Translations under genes and position numbers: made by a program | Notes under the pieces: model-generated | The model's database searches: none | The model's input: only the letters and a program-made list of their open reading frames with translations | What the model was told of the DNA's origin: nothing | Shown here: one piece after another, positions 49,932 through 58,649 of the stretch | Numbering within the stretch: the stretch's first letter is position 1 | How the letters are laid out: every line of letters starts with the position of its first letter | Assembly (NCBI GenBank): GCA_019894975.1 | Contig: JAGXNO010000006.1 | Location: 39,051-103,050, forward strand | DNA: 64,000 bases | Direction: 5' to 3' | DNA from: Promethearchaeota archaeon | GTDB lineage: Archaea; Asgardarchaeota; Lokiarchaeia; Sigyniarchaeales; SOKP01

Positions 49932-50666
49932 ATGATAAAAAGTCTTAAAATTCTCATAAACATTAAAAAAAATGGTATTATTATCCGTATTTTGAGAAAA
50001 CTTAGTTTTATTAAAGAAATTTATTATTTTTTAAAGTCTGAAATCGTTAAGAAGGTAACTCTTGAGTTTCCACCTTATAACATAAACAAGCATTACGATT
50101 TAATTAGTACTTCATGGGATCCTATAAGATATGGAACAATAGCTCTTGCTATAAACACTATTAAAAAAGAGAAGATTGAAGGAAAATTTGCAGAACTTGG
50201 AGTATTCCAAGGAAAAACAAGCCATATAATTCATTCTTTAGCTCCTGAAAAAAGACTTTACTTGTTTGATACTTTTGAAGGATTCCCAGTCGAATATTTA
50301 GACAATAAAACAGATAAGATCAGATTTAAAGACACCAAGTTAGATTTAGTTAAAAAAAATATTGGGAATTTAAATAATGTAATTATAAGGAAAGGAATCT
50401 TCCCTGAAACAGTTAAAGGTTTAGAATCGGAAATCTTTTCTTTTGTATATCTTGATGCAGATCTATATAAATCTACAAAAGAAGGTTTAAAATTTTTTTA
50501 CCCTAGAATTTCAGAAGGAGGTTATATATTTATACATGATTATAACAATCCCCAAGAATCAAATGCAGGAGTATTAAGAGCCGTTCAAGAATTTATGTCT
50601 GATAAAAAAGAAAAAATATTAGAAATACCGGACATATTAGGTTCCGTAGTAATTCGGAAACTTTAG
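49932..50666 (+). CDS. TylF/MycF-family sugar O-methyltransferase
   Basis: FAELGVFQG, LFDTFEGFP, KGIFPET, LDADLY, HDY. Confidence 0.9.
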   Translation: MIKSLKILINIKKNGIIIRILRKLSFIKEIYYFLKSEIVKKVTLEFPPYNINKHYDLISTSWDPIRYGTIALAINTIKKEKIEGKFAELGVFQGKTSHIIHSLAPEKRLYLFDTFEGFPVEYLDNKTDKIRFKDTKLDLVKKNIGNLNNVIIRKGIFPETVKGLESEIFSFVYLDADLYKSTKEGLKFFYPRISEGGYIFIHDYNNPQESNAGVLRAVQEFMSDKKEKILEIPDILGSVVIRKL

Positions 50667-50702
50667 ATAAAAATTTCATCCAAATGACAAAAAAGTAGAA
50701 AA

Positions 50703-51419
50703 TTAAATATTCAATTCCTTTTTTTGAATCTTAATTAGCTCTAAAATACCCTTTTCTCCTAACTCCATAATTTCATTCAGTTTATTTTTACTAAATGTAG
50801 CACCCTCGGCAGTTCCTTGAATTTCTATAATTTCTGAGTTTTCATTCATGACTAAATTAAAATCTACATCGACTTTAGAATCTTCATTATAATTCAAATC
50901 TAATAAAACTTGGCCGTTTTTAATACCTAATGAAATTGCTGCTAGTACTTTATAATCCGGAAAATCATATATTAGTTGTTGATTATACAGATAATTCATA
51001 GCATCAAAAACAGCAATAAAAGCTCCCGTAATAGCGGCACAACGCGTACCTCCATCTGCTTGTATAACATCACAATCTACTCTTATTGTTCTTTCACCAA
51101 GTTTCTCGTAGTTAAAAGCAGCACGCAAACTTCGTCCAATTAATCTTTGAATTTCCATGGATCTTCCTCTATTCGTATCTCTCTGATTTCTTACCTGAGT
51201 CGCTCTTGGTAACATTGAATATTCTGCTGTAATCCATCCAGTTCCAGTATCAACTAGAAATCTTGGTACTGACTCATTAACTGATGCTGTCACTATTATT
51301 TTAGTTTCTCCTTGCGTGATTAGTACAGAACCTTCTGGATATTTAAGAAAACCTCTTTTAATCGTAATATTTCTTAGTTCATTAAAATTCCGTCCATCAA
51401 TCCTTGCATTCCCAACCAT
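50703..51419 (-). CDS. rph: Ribonuclease PH (bacterial type)
   Basis: RIDGR, EGSVL, GWITAEYSMLPRAT, EIQRLIGRSLR, DCDVIQADGGTRCAAITG, EIQGTAEG. Confidence 0.92.
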   Translation of the reverse strand: MVGNARIDGRNFNELRNITIKRGFLKYPEGSVLITQGETKIIVTASVNESVPRFLVDTGTGWITAEYSMLPRATQVRNQRDTNRGRSMEIQRLIGRSLRAAFNYEKLGERTIRVDCDVIQADGGTRCAAITGAFIAVFDAMNYLYNQQLIYDFPDYKVLAAISLGIKNGQVLLDLNYNEDSKVDVDFNLVMNENSEIIEIQGTAEGATFSKNKLNEIMELGEKGILELIKIQKKELNI

Positions 51420-51540
51420 TTATAAAAAACCTAATTTTACTTTGTTTGTTATTTAGCATGAATTATGATTCATTCATGAGAAGAGTATAATATTATATGA
51501 TTAGTATAGTAAAAAAGTTACTAAAATAGATATTTTTTTT

Positions 51541-52647
51541 CTATTGCAACGCCATAGGATAAGATCCCAATATTTTATACCATATTACATTATCACTCAT
51601 TTTTTCAAGGATATTTTTAATCAAGGGATCATCTTTATTTCCCTCAAAATCCATAAGAAAAATATACTCCCAACGACCTCTTCTTCTTGGACGAGATTCG
51701 ATTTTTAATAAATTAATATTTGCATCAGCAAAAATCTCCAATACAGAATACAAAGCTCCTGGAGTATGTTTAGTGACAAAAATTATTGAGGTTTTAATTT
51801 TTCCTTCTTTATGATCATTTTCTCTTTTTGAAATTATTAGAAACCTTGTAAAATTCATGGGATTATCTTCAATATTAGAATTTAATATTTTCATGTTATA
51901 TAGTTTGCTTGAAAATTCTGTTCCTATTGCTGCATAGGACTCATCATCTAATTCTTGGACTTTTCGAATAGCTTCAGCTGTTGAGTTTACACTAACTAAA
52001 TCGACATTTGGTATATTTGCTTTAATCCACATTCTTGTTTGAGCTAAGGCTTGAGGGTGAGAAACTACAGTTTTGATTTTAGAAATATCTGAATTTTTCA
52101 CAGAAATAAGATTTTGAATAATTCTCAATTCAATTTCTCCATAAATGAGAACACTTTTTTCAATTAATAAATCAAGAGTTTCTCTGACTGTACCTTGAAG
52201 ACTATTTTCAATAGGAATGACTCCATAAGTAATTAAATCTTTTTCTAAGCTCTCGAATATTTCTAATGAACTACCAGCTGGAATGAATTCTGATCCCGCT
52301 TTAGGAAAATAATCTAAGGCTGCTTGATGAGTGAATGTTCCTTCCGGACCTAGATAACCCACTTTACTTGTTAAACCTTGAATTACTTTACTTGCGCTCA
52401 TGATCTCCTTCCAAATTGCTTCGATACTTGACTTTCTGAATATCTCTGACTTACTAGTAAGTCTTTTAATAATCTCCTCTTCTCTGTGAGGTTGGAAAAC
52501 TTTCATTTTTAATCTATCTTTTAGATTTCCTACAGTGATTACAATTTCTCCTCTTTCATTTAGGAGATTAATAATTTTATCATCTATATTATCAATTTTC
52601 TCTCTTAGATTTCTTAACTCATTTTTCAACTTGTTTTGATCATTCAT
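51541..52647 (-). CDS. pheA: Bifunctional chorismate mutase/prephenate dehydratase
   Basis: LREKIDNID..LLNER (CM), YLGPEGTF, PIENS, SHPQALAQ, TRF, KIESRP (ACT). Confidence 0.95.
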   Translation of the reverse strand: MNDQNKLKNELRNLREKIDNIDDKIINLLNERGEIVITVGNLKDRLKMKVFQPHREEEIIKRLTSKSEIFRKSSIEAIWKEIMSASKVIQGLTSKVGYLGPEGTFTHQAALDYFPKAGSEFIPAGSSLEIFESLEKDLITYGVIPIENSLQGTVRETLDLLIEKSVLIYGEIELRIIQNLISVKNSDISKIKTVVSHPQALAQTRMWIKANIPNVDLVSVNSTAEAIRKVQELDDESYAAIGTEFSSKLYNMKILNSNIEDNPMNFTRFLIISKRENDHKEGKIKTSIIFVTKHTPGALYSVLEIFADANINLLKIESRPRRRGRWEYIFLMDFEGNKDDPLIKNILEKMSDNVIWYKILGSYPMALQ

Positions 52648-52670
52648 CTCAGAATTACAACCATATCTTT

Positions 52671-54350
52671 TTAATTGAGCATGTATTCAATATTTACTTC
52701 TAAGGCAGAAACGGGAAATTCTAACTTAAAATTCAATAAAACCTCTGGACTGATTTCACCAATTTCACCAATAACGATATTTTTTAAATAAATTTCTCCA
52801 TATCGACCATCGATAAAACTTGGACTTTTACTTGGTTTTACATTATAATCATTGTAGTGTCCAAGTGAAATCATAATATAGTCTAACGTAGATTTTAGTT
52901 CAGTATAATTTGCATCCTCATGATAAGATACCGCAGATAAATGCACTTCTCTTTTTGTTCCTGTTTCTTCTTTTTGTGATAGTAATATTACATCACCGAC
53001 TTCAAAGATTTTTATCGGTTTTTCTTCAGATCGGTTTAAAAGTAAAGTATCCATTAATTTTGGGAGAAGTCGCGTTCTGGTTGTATTGAATTCTTTAGAA
53101 ACTGGATTGGCAATCTCAATATTATTTCCAACCTCAGAGTTTTGATTCATATATTTATATTGTTTATCCGAACTAGTAAGAATAAAATTAATAACTTCTA
53201 GATATCCTGCCCCAATCATTGTTTTTCTTATTCGATTTGAATATTCTTGTATTGGATGATATTGTCCAATACCACCTTCACGAATAGTAAGAGGTAAATT
53301 AATGTAACCATAACCAATAGCACATTCCTCTGCAAAATCAACAGGATGTATAATATCTCCTCTGTAAGCAGGTACTAATACATCTAAATATTCTTTCTCT
53401 TTAGATAGTTCTGCACCCATTCTTACTTTCCTAAAACATTTTACCATCTCCGAAGGCGTTAAATTCAATCCAATAATACTATTTATGTAGTCAATATTAA
53501 CCATCCATTTTGTTGGGGTTAAATCAGGTGTGGTTACAGCGTTTTTACCTGAATAATTTACTTTCACCGTTTCTAATTTTGCCCCCATATCTATCAACGT
53601 TGTTGATAGAATGTTTAATGCGAGATTCACGGCTTTTTCATCTGTACCTGTTAAATCTAAAAATAGATTTTTGGTTTCATCTGTTACAGTTGTAAGAACT
53701 CCATTAATGATAGGTGGAAAGGACAAAACTTCATCATTCTTATCAAAAATTATTGGATATACCTCTTTTCCTTCTAAAATATGTGCATATTCAATACCCT
53801 TCTCGTGCAATAATAAAATTTCTTCTAAATTCATGGGGTACCCATCCCCATGTAACGGAATGAAACTTACAGAATCAGGTTTTACCGCAGTATATCTATA
53901 GGGAGGCGAAACTTTATCAAAATCATGGACTCCTATTGCAACTTTTTTTCTATCCCTCCCTACTGCCCAATGTAAATGTTCTTGAATATTCATCAATGTA
54001 GCGACTTCATCTTCATCTAAATCAATATCTCGTATAACTCCACAGACTATATATGGACGGACTTTGTTTACAATGGGATCTACATTTAAAACTGTTTTTC
54101 CTTGAATAAATTCAAAAGTTGGAAGGCCTTCCTCAATTTCATAGTAACCCTTTAGAGCTCTCGCAATACCCTCAGGGCTAGAAAAATCTGGTCTATTGGG
54201 GTTATATTCAACTTTTACCTTTTGTTCTTCTTCATTAATATCTTCTAAATCCAAACTAATCCATTGAAGATCATATTCCAATTCTTTTAGCTCTAACTTC
54301 CTCCCCACTAATTTTTCTAATCTCTCTACCTTTAATTCAATTGTTGGCAT
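52671..54350 (-). CDS. pheT: Phenylalanyl-tRNA synthetase beta subunit (archaeal type)
   Basis: PNRPD, RPYI, IGVHD, SFPPIING, PAYRGDIIHPVDFAEE; GAGGTGA ribosome-binding site overlapping the pheS stop. Confidence 0.96.
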   Translation of the reverse strand: MPTIELKVERLEKLVGRKLELKELEYDLQWISLDLEDINEEEQKVKVEYNPNRPDFSSPEGIARALKGYYEIEEGLPTFEFIQGKTVLNVDPIVNKVRPYIVCGVIRDIDLDEDEVATLMNIQEHLHWAVGRDRKKVAIGVHDFDKVSPPYRYTAVKPDSVSFIPLHGDGYPMNLEEILLLHEKGIEYAHILEGKEVYPIIFDKNDEVLSFPPIINGVLTTVTDETKNLFLDLTGTDEKAVNLALNILSTTLIDMGAKLETVKVNYSGKNAVTTPDLTPTKWMVNIDYINSIIGLNLTPSEMVKCFRKVRMGAELSKEKEYLDVLVPAYRGDIIHPVDFAEECAIGYGYINLPLTIREGGIGQYHPIQEYSNRIRKTMIGAGYLEVINFILTSSDKQYKYMNQNSEVGNNIEIANPVSKEFNTTRTRLLPKLMDTLLLNRSEEKPIKIFEVGDVILLSQKEETGTKREVHLSAVSYHEDANYTELKSTLDYIMISLGHYNDYNVKPSKSPSFIDGRYGEIYLKNIVIGEIGEISPEVLLNFKLEFPVSALEVNIEYMLN

Positions 54351-54359
54351 TTCTTCACC

Positions 54360-55901
54360 TCACTTAAGATAAGATTGCTGTCTTAGCCAATTTAATGGAT
54401 TAACATAAAAATCTCTAATATCCTTTCGACCATAATAGGGTATTGCAATTCGTTCAAGTCCTTGTCCCCAAGCTAAAACTCGAGTTGGTTCCTTTAATCC
54501 CCAAGGATATGTCACTTCAGGACGAAATATCCCAGAACCTCCCATCTCTAGCCACTCTCCAAATTTATCATAATAAACTGAAACTTCCATAGAAGGCTCA
54601 GTATAAGGGAAAAATCCTGGTCTTGTAATAATTTTTTTAAATCCCATTTTTCTATAAAATTCTGACAATAATCCAATTAAATCACATAAGGTTACATTGT
54701 CATCAATCACGATTCCTTCTATTTGAGTAAATTCTGCTAAATGTGATTTATCAACTTTTTCATTACGAAATACCCTATCAATGCAAAACACCTTTATTGG
54801 CACTTTATCATTATTCCTATAAAATTCAGCTAATCTCCGCATAGTTGTAGCTGTAGTATGAGTCCTCAATACTGTTTTTTTAGCAGTCTCAATATCCCAT
54901 TTATATCCCCATCCTGTAGAACCTGATTCTCCCCCATTTTCATGCATATCTCGTACGGCCTTAACTCTATCTTTTTCCGGTAATTTAGCTGTTTTTGGAT
55001 TATTTAGATAGAATGTATCCTGCATTTCTCGAGCAGGATGATCTTGAGGTTGAAATAATGCATCAAAATTATAAAAAGCGCTTTCAATAATAGGACCTCT
55101 GATTTCTGTAAACCCCATCGATAAAAATATTTCTCGTATTTCATTGATTAAGTTAGTTAAAGGGTGAATTTTTCCCGCTTTTAATATCGGACCTGGTTTT
55201 GTTACATCAAAAGGTTTTAAATCTAAATTTTTCCAAGTACCTGAACTTAACATATCTGAGGTGATCTTACTAACTTGAGTTAACTCTTTTATCTTTGAAA
55301 CAGCAATTTTTTTACCCCCCTCAGTTAAATATAAAATCCGGTTGGTTTTCCGTGTTCTTTCTAATAATTTTCTCTTATTTAAAGTATCTAAAAGCTTTAC
55401 TTCAGCATTAGATAATTTAGAATAATCAAGAATACTATTTTCTTCGAACTTCTTAAAGAATTTTTCCACATCTGTTTGAGGAAATTCGTCTACAACAAGA
55501 AATAATGTATTTTCCCCTGTAGCTTTACTTTGACTTATCCATCTTCTTTTGTTTAAATTTGAAATTCCTACATAAAATATCTCGGGTTTTAATTTTGATT
55601 CTTTTAGCAATTCCTTTAATGTGATTTCTTTAATCCCTTCTTTTAGCATTAAATTTAATAGTTGGCGTTCAGGTAATCCCATCTTTAAATAATTCTTGCC
55701 CTCTTCATTTAATGAAATTTGATATAATTCTTCTTCCTTGAAACCACCTAGATTATGGTCAATTAATTCATTCACCGCTGACATAAGTACAATGTAATCA
55801 ATGTTCATCTCTTCTGCAATATCCGTAGCATTAACAATAGATTGCTTTTTCTTAAGCAATTTTAAAACTTCGAGAGTTTGTTTTTTTAATTTGACTATCA
55901 T
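54360..55901 (-). CDS. pheS: Phenylalanyl-tRNA synthetase alpha subunit (archaeal/eukaryotic type)
   Basis: N-terminal winged-helix region with LPE, NFDALFQPQDHPAREMQDTF, LRTHTT, FRNE, FPYTEPS, GLERIA. Confidence 0.97.
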   Translation of the reverse strand: MIVKLKKQTLEVLKLLKKKQSIVNATDIAEEMNIDYIVLMSAVNELIDHNLGGFKEEELYQISLNEEGKNYLKMGLPERQLLNLMLKEGIKEITLKELLKESKLKPEIFYVGISNLNKRRWISQSKATGENTLFLVVDEFPQTDVEKFFKKFEENSILDYSKLSNAEVKLLDTLNKRKLLERTRKTNRILYLTEGGKKIAVSKIKELTQVSKITSDMLSSGTWKNLDLKPFDVTKPGPILKAGKIHPLTNLINEIREIFLSMGFTEIRGPIIESAFYNFDALFQPQDHPAREMQDTFYLNNPKTAKLPEKDRVKAVRDMHENGGESGSTGWGYKWDIETAKKTVLRTHTTATTMRRLAEFYRNNDKVPIKVFCIDRVFRNEKVDKSHLAEFTQIEGIVIDDNVTLCDLIGLLSEFYRKMGFKKIITRPGFFPYTEPSMEVSVYYDKFGEWLEMGGSGIFRPEVTYPWGLKEPTRVLAWGQGLERIAIPYYGRKDIRDFYVNPLNWLRQQSYLK

Positions 55902-56077
55902 AAACTTCAGTTGTTACACTTTATTCTTTCGTTATTATTTTTGAAGCCTCTAATGTATATAAATTTTTTGTGAATTTAATCGTTATAATTTGCTCGATCT
56001 TGAACTAGAACAAATATCTATGATTTTTAATTCTTATTAATTAGCTTTCATAATGAATAAATTTATACTCATCCGCA

Positions 56078-56119
56078 GCCAAGGGATCAGTCTCAATACT
56101 GAAATTTTAATCCCTTGGC
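56078..56119. other. GC-rich intergenic stem-loop (perfect 10-bp inverted repeat)
   Basis: GCCAAGGGAT (56078-87) pairs with ATCCCTTGGC (56110-19); inner CAGT/ACTG mini-stem. Confidence 0.6.
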
Positions 56120-56265
56120 AAATTAAAGAAATTAACCCTATAGTGAGCTTGGCAGAGATATATATCGTAATAAGTAAGTTTGGGTAAAAAACACATAATA
56201 TTCTCTTCTCAAGCTATTGTATCATCTAAAATATATTAAGGAATAATCACTAAAAAAATTAACCT

Positions 56266-56709
56266 TTACATGTTCTCTCTTATTGAAGTAGAGCTAATTT
56301 TACTATTATTATTATCTTTTATCAGAGGAATTACAATCAAGATTAATGGTCCTAACCCTATTTTTTCTCTGCTTTCATTTAATTTTAAAGCATTTTCATA
56401 AGTTTCTTGACTTACTATTAGTCCTTCATACTCAGGGTCTTGAGCATAACTACTCATATCATTCCAATCTTTAATCTCAACAATATTAATCCTTTCTAGG
56501 TCCGCAAACGAACGAATATAGTTTTTTATGTTTGCTTTTCTCACATCATAATCCTCTAATTTTGAGGCAAATTGCTTATTTTCTAAAAGCTTCTGAGTAG
56601 TCAATCCAATTTCTACATGCTCAGAAACAGATAAAGCAGTTTTTAATAAAAGTTTATGACCCTTGTGAAGATGGTCGAAAGTACCACCCATACCGATTTT
56701 CTTTAGAAT
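56266..56709 (-). CDS. coaD: Phosphopantetheine adenylyltransferase (archaeal/eukaryotic type); probable ATT start at 56709
   Basis: (I)LKKIGMGGTFDHLHKGH, VSQET, KISSTSIR. Confidence 0.88.
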   Translation of the reverse strand: MLKKIGMGGTFDHLHKGHKLLLKTALSVSEHVEIGLTTQKLLENKQFASKLEDYDVRKANIKNYIRSFADLERINIVEIKDWNDMSSYAQDPEYEGLIVSQETYENALKLNESREKIGLGPLILIVIPLIKDNNNSKISSTSIRENM

Positions 56710-56737
56710 CTGGAAAACACCTTTTCGAATTCAAGAA

Positions 56738-57181
56738 TTATTTTAACTTTTTTTCAGAATTTTTTATTTGTTTCTTGTCCTCTGCTTCACTATTGGATTC
56801 AGTTGGTTTTTTCAATCTTACAGAATATATTTGCTTAACTTCCATCATATCGTCGCATTTATCACATTTATCAATTCTTCTAAAGACAAAATCTCCATTT
56901 TCGTAATTCCTAACTTTTGTCAAACCGCATAAGCTACAAATTAAAATAGTTAATGTTTGTCTTATAGGATCTGTTGGTTTTTTTTGCATTTGAATAAGCG
57001 ATGCCCCTAAACAAATTAGCATAAATCCTGTTGACCAACCTATAACCGCATCTGGAAGAATCCCCCCGTAGATAAATAGTGCTCCTAAAATAATTAGAAA
57101 TATTGAAAGTAGATTTTTTAGAACACTTTTAAACGTAACTCCCTTTTTTAATATATCCTCGTCGTTTTCTTCTTCTATCAT
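56738..57181 (-). CDS. Conserved membrane protein with C-terminal zinc ribbon
   Basis: Two TM helices, then CSLC...GDFVF...CDKC; probable ATG at 57181. Confidence 0.7.
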   Translation of the reverse strand: MIEEENDEDILKKGVTFKSVLKNLLSIFLIILGALFIYGGILPDAVIGWSTGFMLICLGASLIQMQKKPTDPIRQTLTILICSLCGLTKVRNYENGDFVFRRIDKCDKCDDMMEVKQIYSVRLKKPTESNSEAEDKKQIKNSEKKLK

Positions 57182-57300
57182 GGAAAATGATGTAATATCT
57201 CGTTTTCTATGCTTTATAATCGAAAAGAATAAATAAATTTTGTTATTATAAAACCTAAATACATACAATTATTCAATATCTGGTTAAGGTTTTAAAAAAA

Positions 57301-58443
57301 ATGTTAAATTTATTTCAATTGGGTTCTGGAGGAACTGATCCAGTAAGTTTAGTTATCCAGCTTTTATGGTTCGTTCTTATATTTATAAGTATTTTCTATG
57401 GTCAGAAAATTCAAGGATGGAAGGCTTCTAAAGAAATTCAAGCAGGTTTAGAAAAATTAAAAAAATGGAATGATGAATGTAAGGAAATCTTAATGAGTAA
57501 TTTTAAGGAATTTGCTGATACGAAGAAGACTCAAAAAGATTTGATGCTTCAACTCGAAGATTTTATTACCTTTGTTACGATTCCTCCTGTTTCTCTTGAT
57601 CCTTCTGGTATTATTTCTAAATTTGATCATGTAGTTGATGTTAGGGATTACCGTTTTAAAGAAGAAGTTGAGGCGTTAGCACCTAAAGCTGATGTTGTTC
57701 AAAAATTTAATTTAGAAAATCTATTAGAAGTTACGATGGCAATTGACTCTATCTACAGACTTATCAGACATTATCTTATACTAGGAAAAAAATCAAAATC
57801 AATGATTTTGCTTTTACAAATATCAATGCAATTAGGATTAATATTGGGTATGGCTAAAGCCTACTACTATGCTGCAAAAGCTTTTTCAGAAGGAAGTCCA
57901 ATTGGAGATGCTCTCGGGCCCTTGGTCACAGCTAGCTTTATCAGAGATGTATCTGATGGAGATGTGGAAGCGAAAGAAATCGTAAGAGATACAATTGTTC
58001 AAGAAATAAATTTCGAAGATCGAAAGATATTCGTGGTTAGAGCAAAAGGACCTGGAGGAACAGTAGGAAAACCTGGAAAAGCGATTAAAATGCTTATTGA
58101 TGAGCATGGTTCGGAAATCTCTCGAATAATAATGATTGATGCGGGTTTAAAATTAACGGGAGATAAAACAGGATCTATTGCTGTCGGGGTTGGTGCTGCT
58201 ATTGGAGGAATTGGTATCGAAAAGTATTTTATAGAGGAATCTTCCACAGAGAATGCAATTCCAATTGATGCTCTTATTTGTAAGCAATCACTTGAAGATG
58301 CTATAACCACAATGAAGAGACCAATTACTCAAAGTGTGCCAAAATTAGTTGAAAAAATAAAAATGGCTGTGAGAAAGAGAACGGAAAAGGGTTCAACAGT
58401 AATTATTGCTGGGATAGGAAATTCAATCGGAATAGGCATCTAG
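57301..58443 (+). CDS. DUF1512-family archaeal protein
   Basis: N-terminal TM, PVSLDPSG, PIGDALGP, AKGPGGTVGKPG, IDAGLKL, GAAIGG, GIGNSIGI. Confidence 0.78.
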   Translation: MLNLFQLGSGGTDPVSLVIQLLWFVLIFISIFYGQKIQGWKASKEIQAGLEKLKKWNDECKEILMSNFKEFADTKKTQKDLMLQLEDFITFVTIPPVSLDPSGIISKFDHVVDVRDYRFKEEVEALAPKADVVQKFNLENLLEVTMAIDSIYRLIRHYLILGKKSKSMILLLQISMQLGLILGMAKAYYYAAKAFSEGSPIGDALGPLVTASFIRDVSDGDVEAKEIVRDTIVQEINFEDRKIFVVRAKGPGGTVGKPGKAIKMLIDEHGSEISRIIMIDAGLKLTGDKTGSIAVGVGAAIGGIGIEKYFIEESSTENAIPIDALICKQSLEDAITTMKRPITQSVPKLVEKIKMAVRKRTEKGSTVIIAGIGNSIGIGI

Positions 58444-58649
58444 TCTTTTATTTTTATTCTATTTATTTTAAGTTTATATTTATTCTGTCACTCCTCAAAC
58501 GCTATTACCTTCTATTCTTGAAAGATTTTTTAAATTCACCTTAAATTAGAAAATAGAAATTGTTTTATAATTAAGGGAATAAGATTAATTAAACTTATAA
58601 AAAAATGAAATAAAGTAGTAAAATTATTCATTCAAAAGTATGAGGTGTA

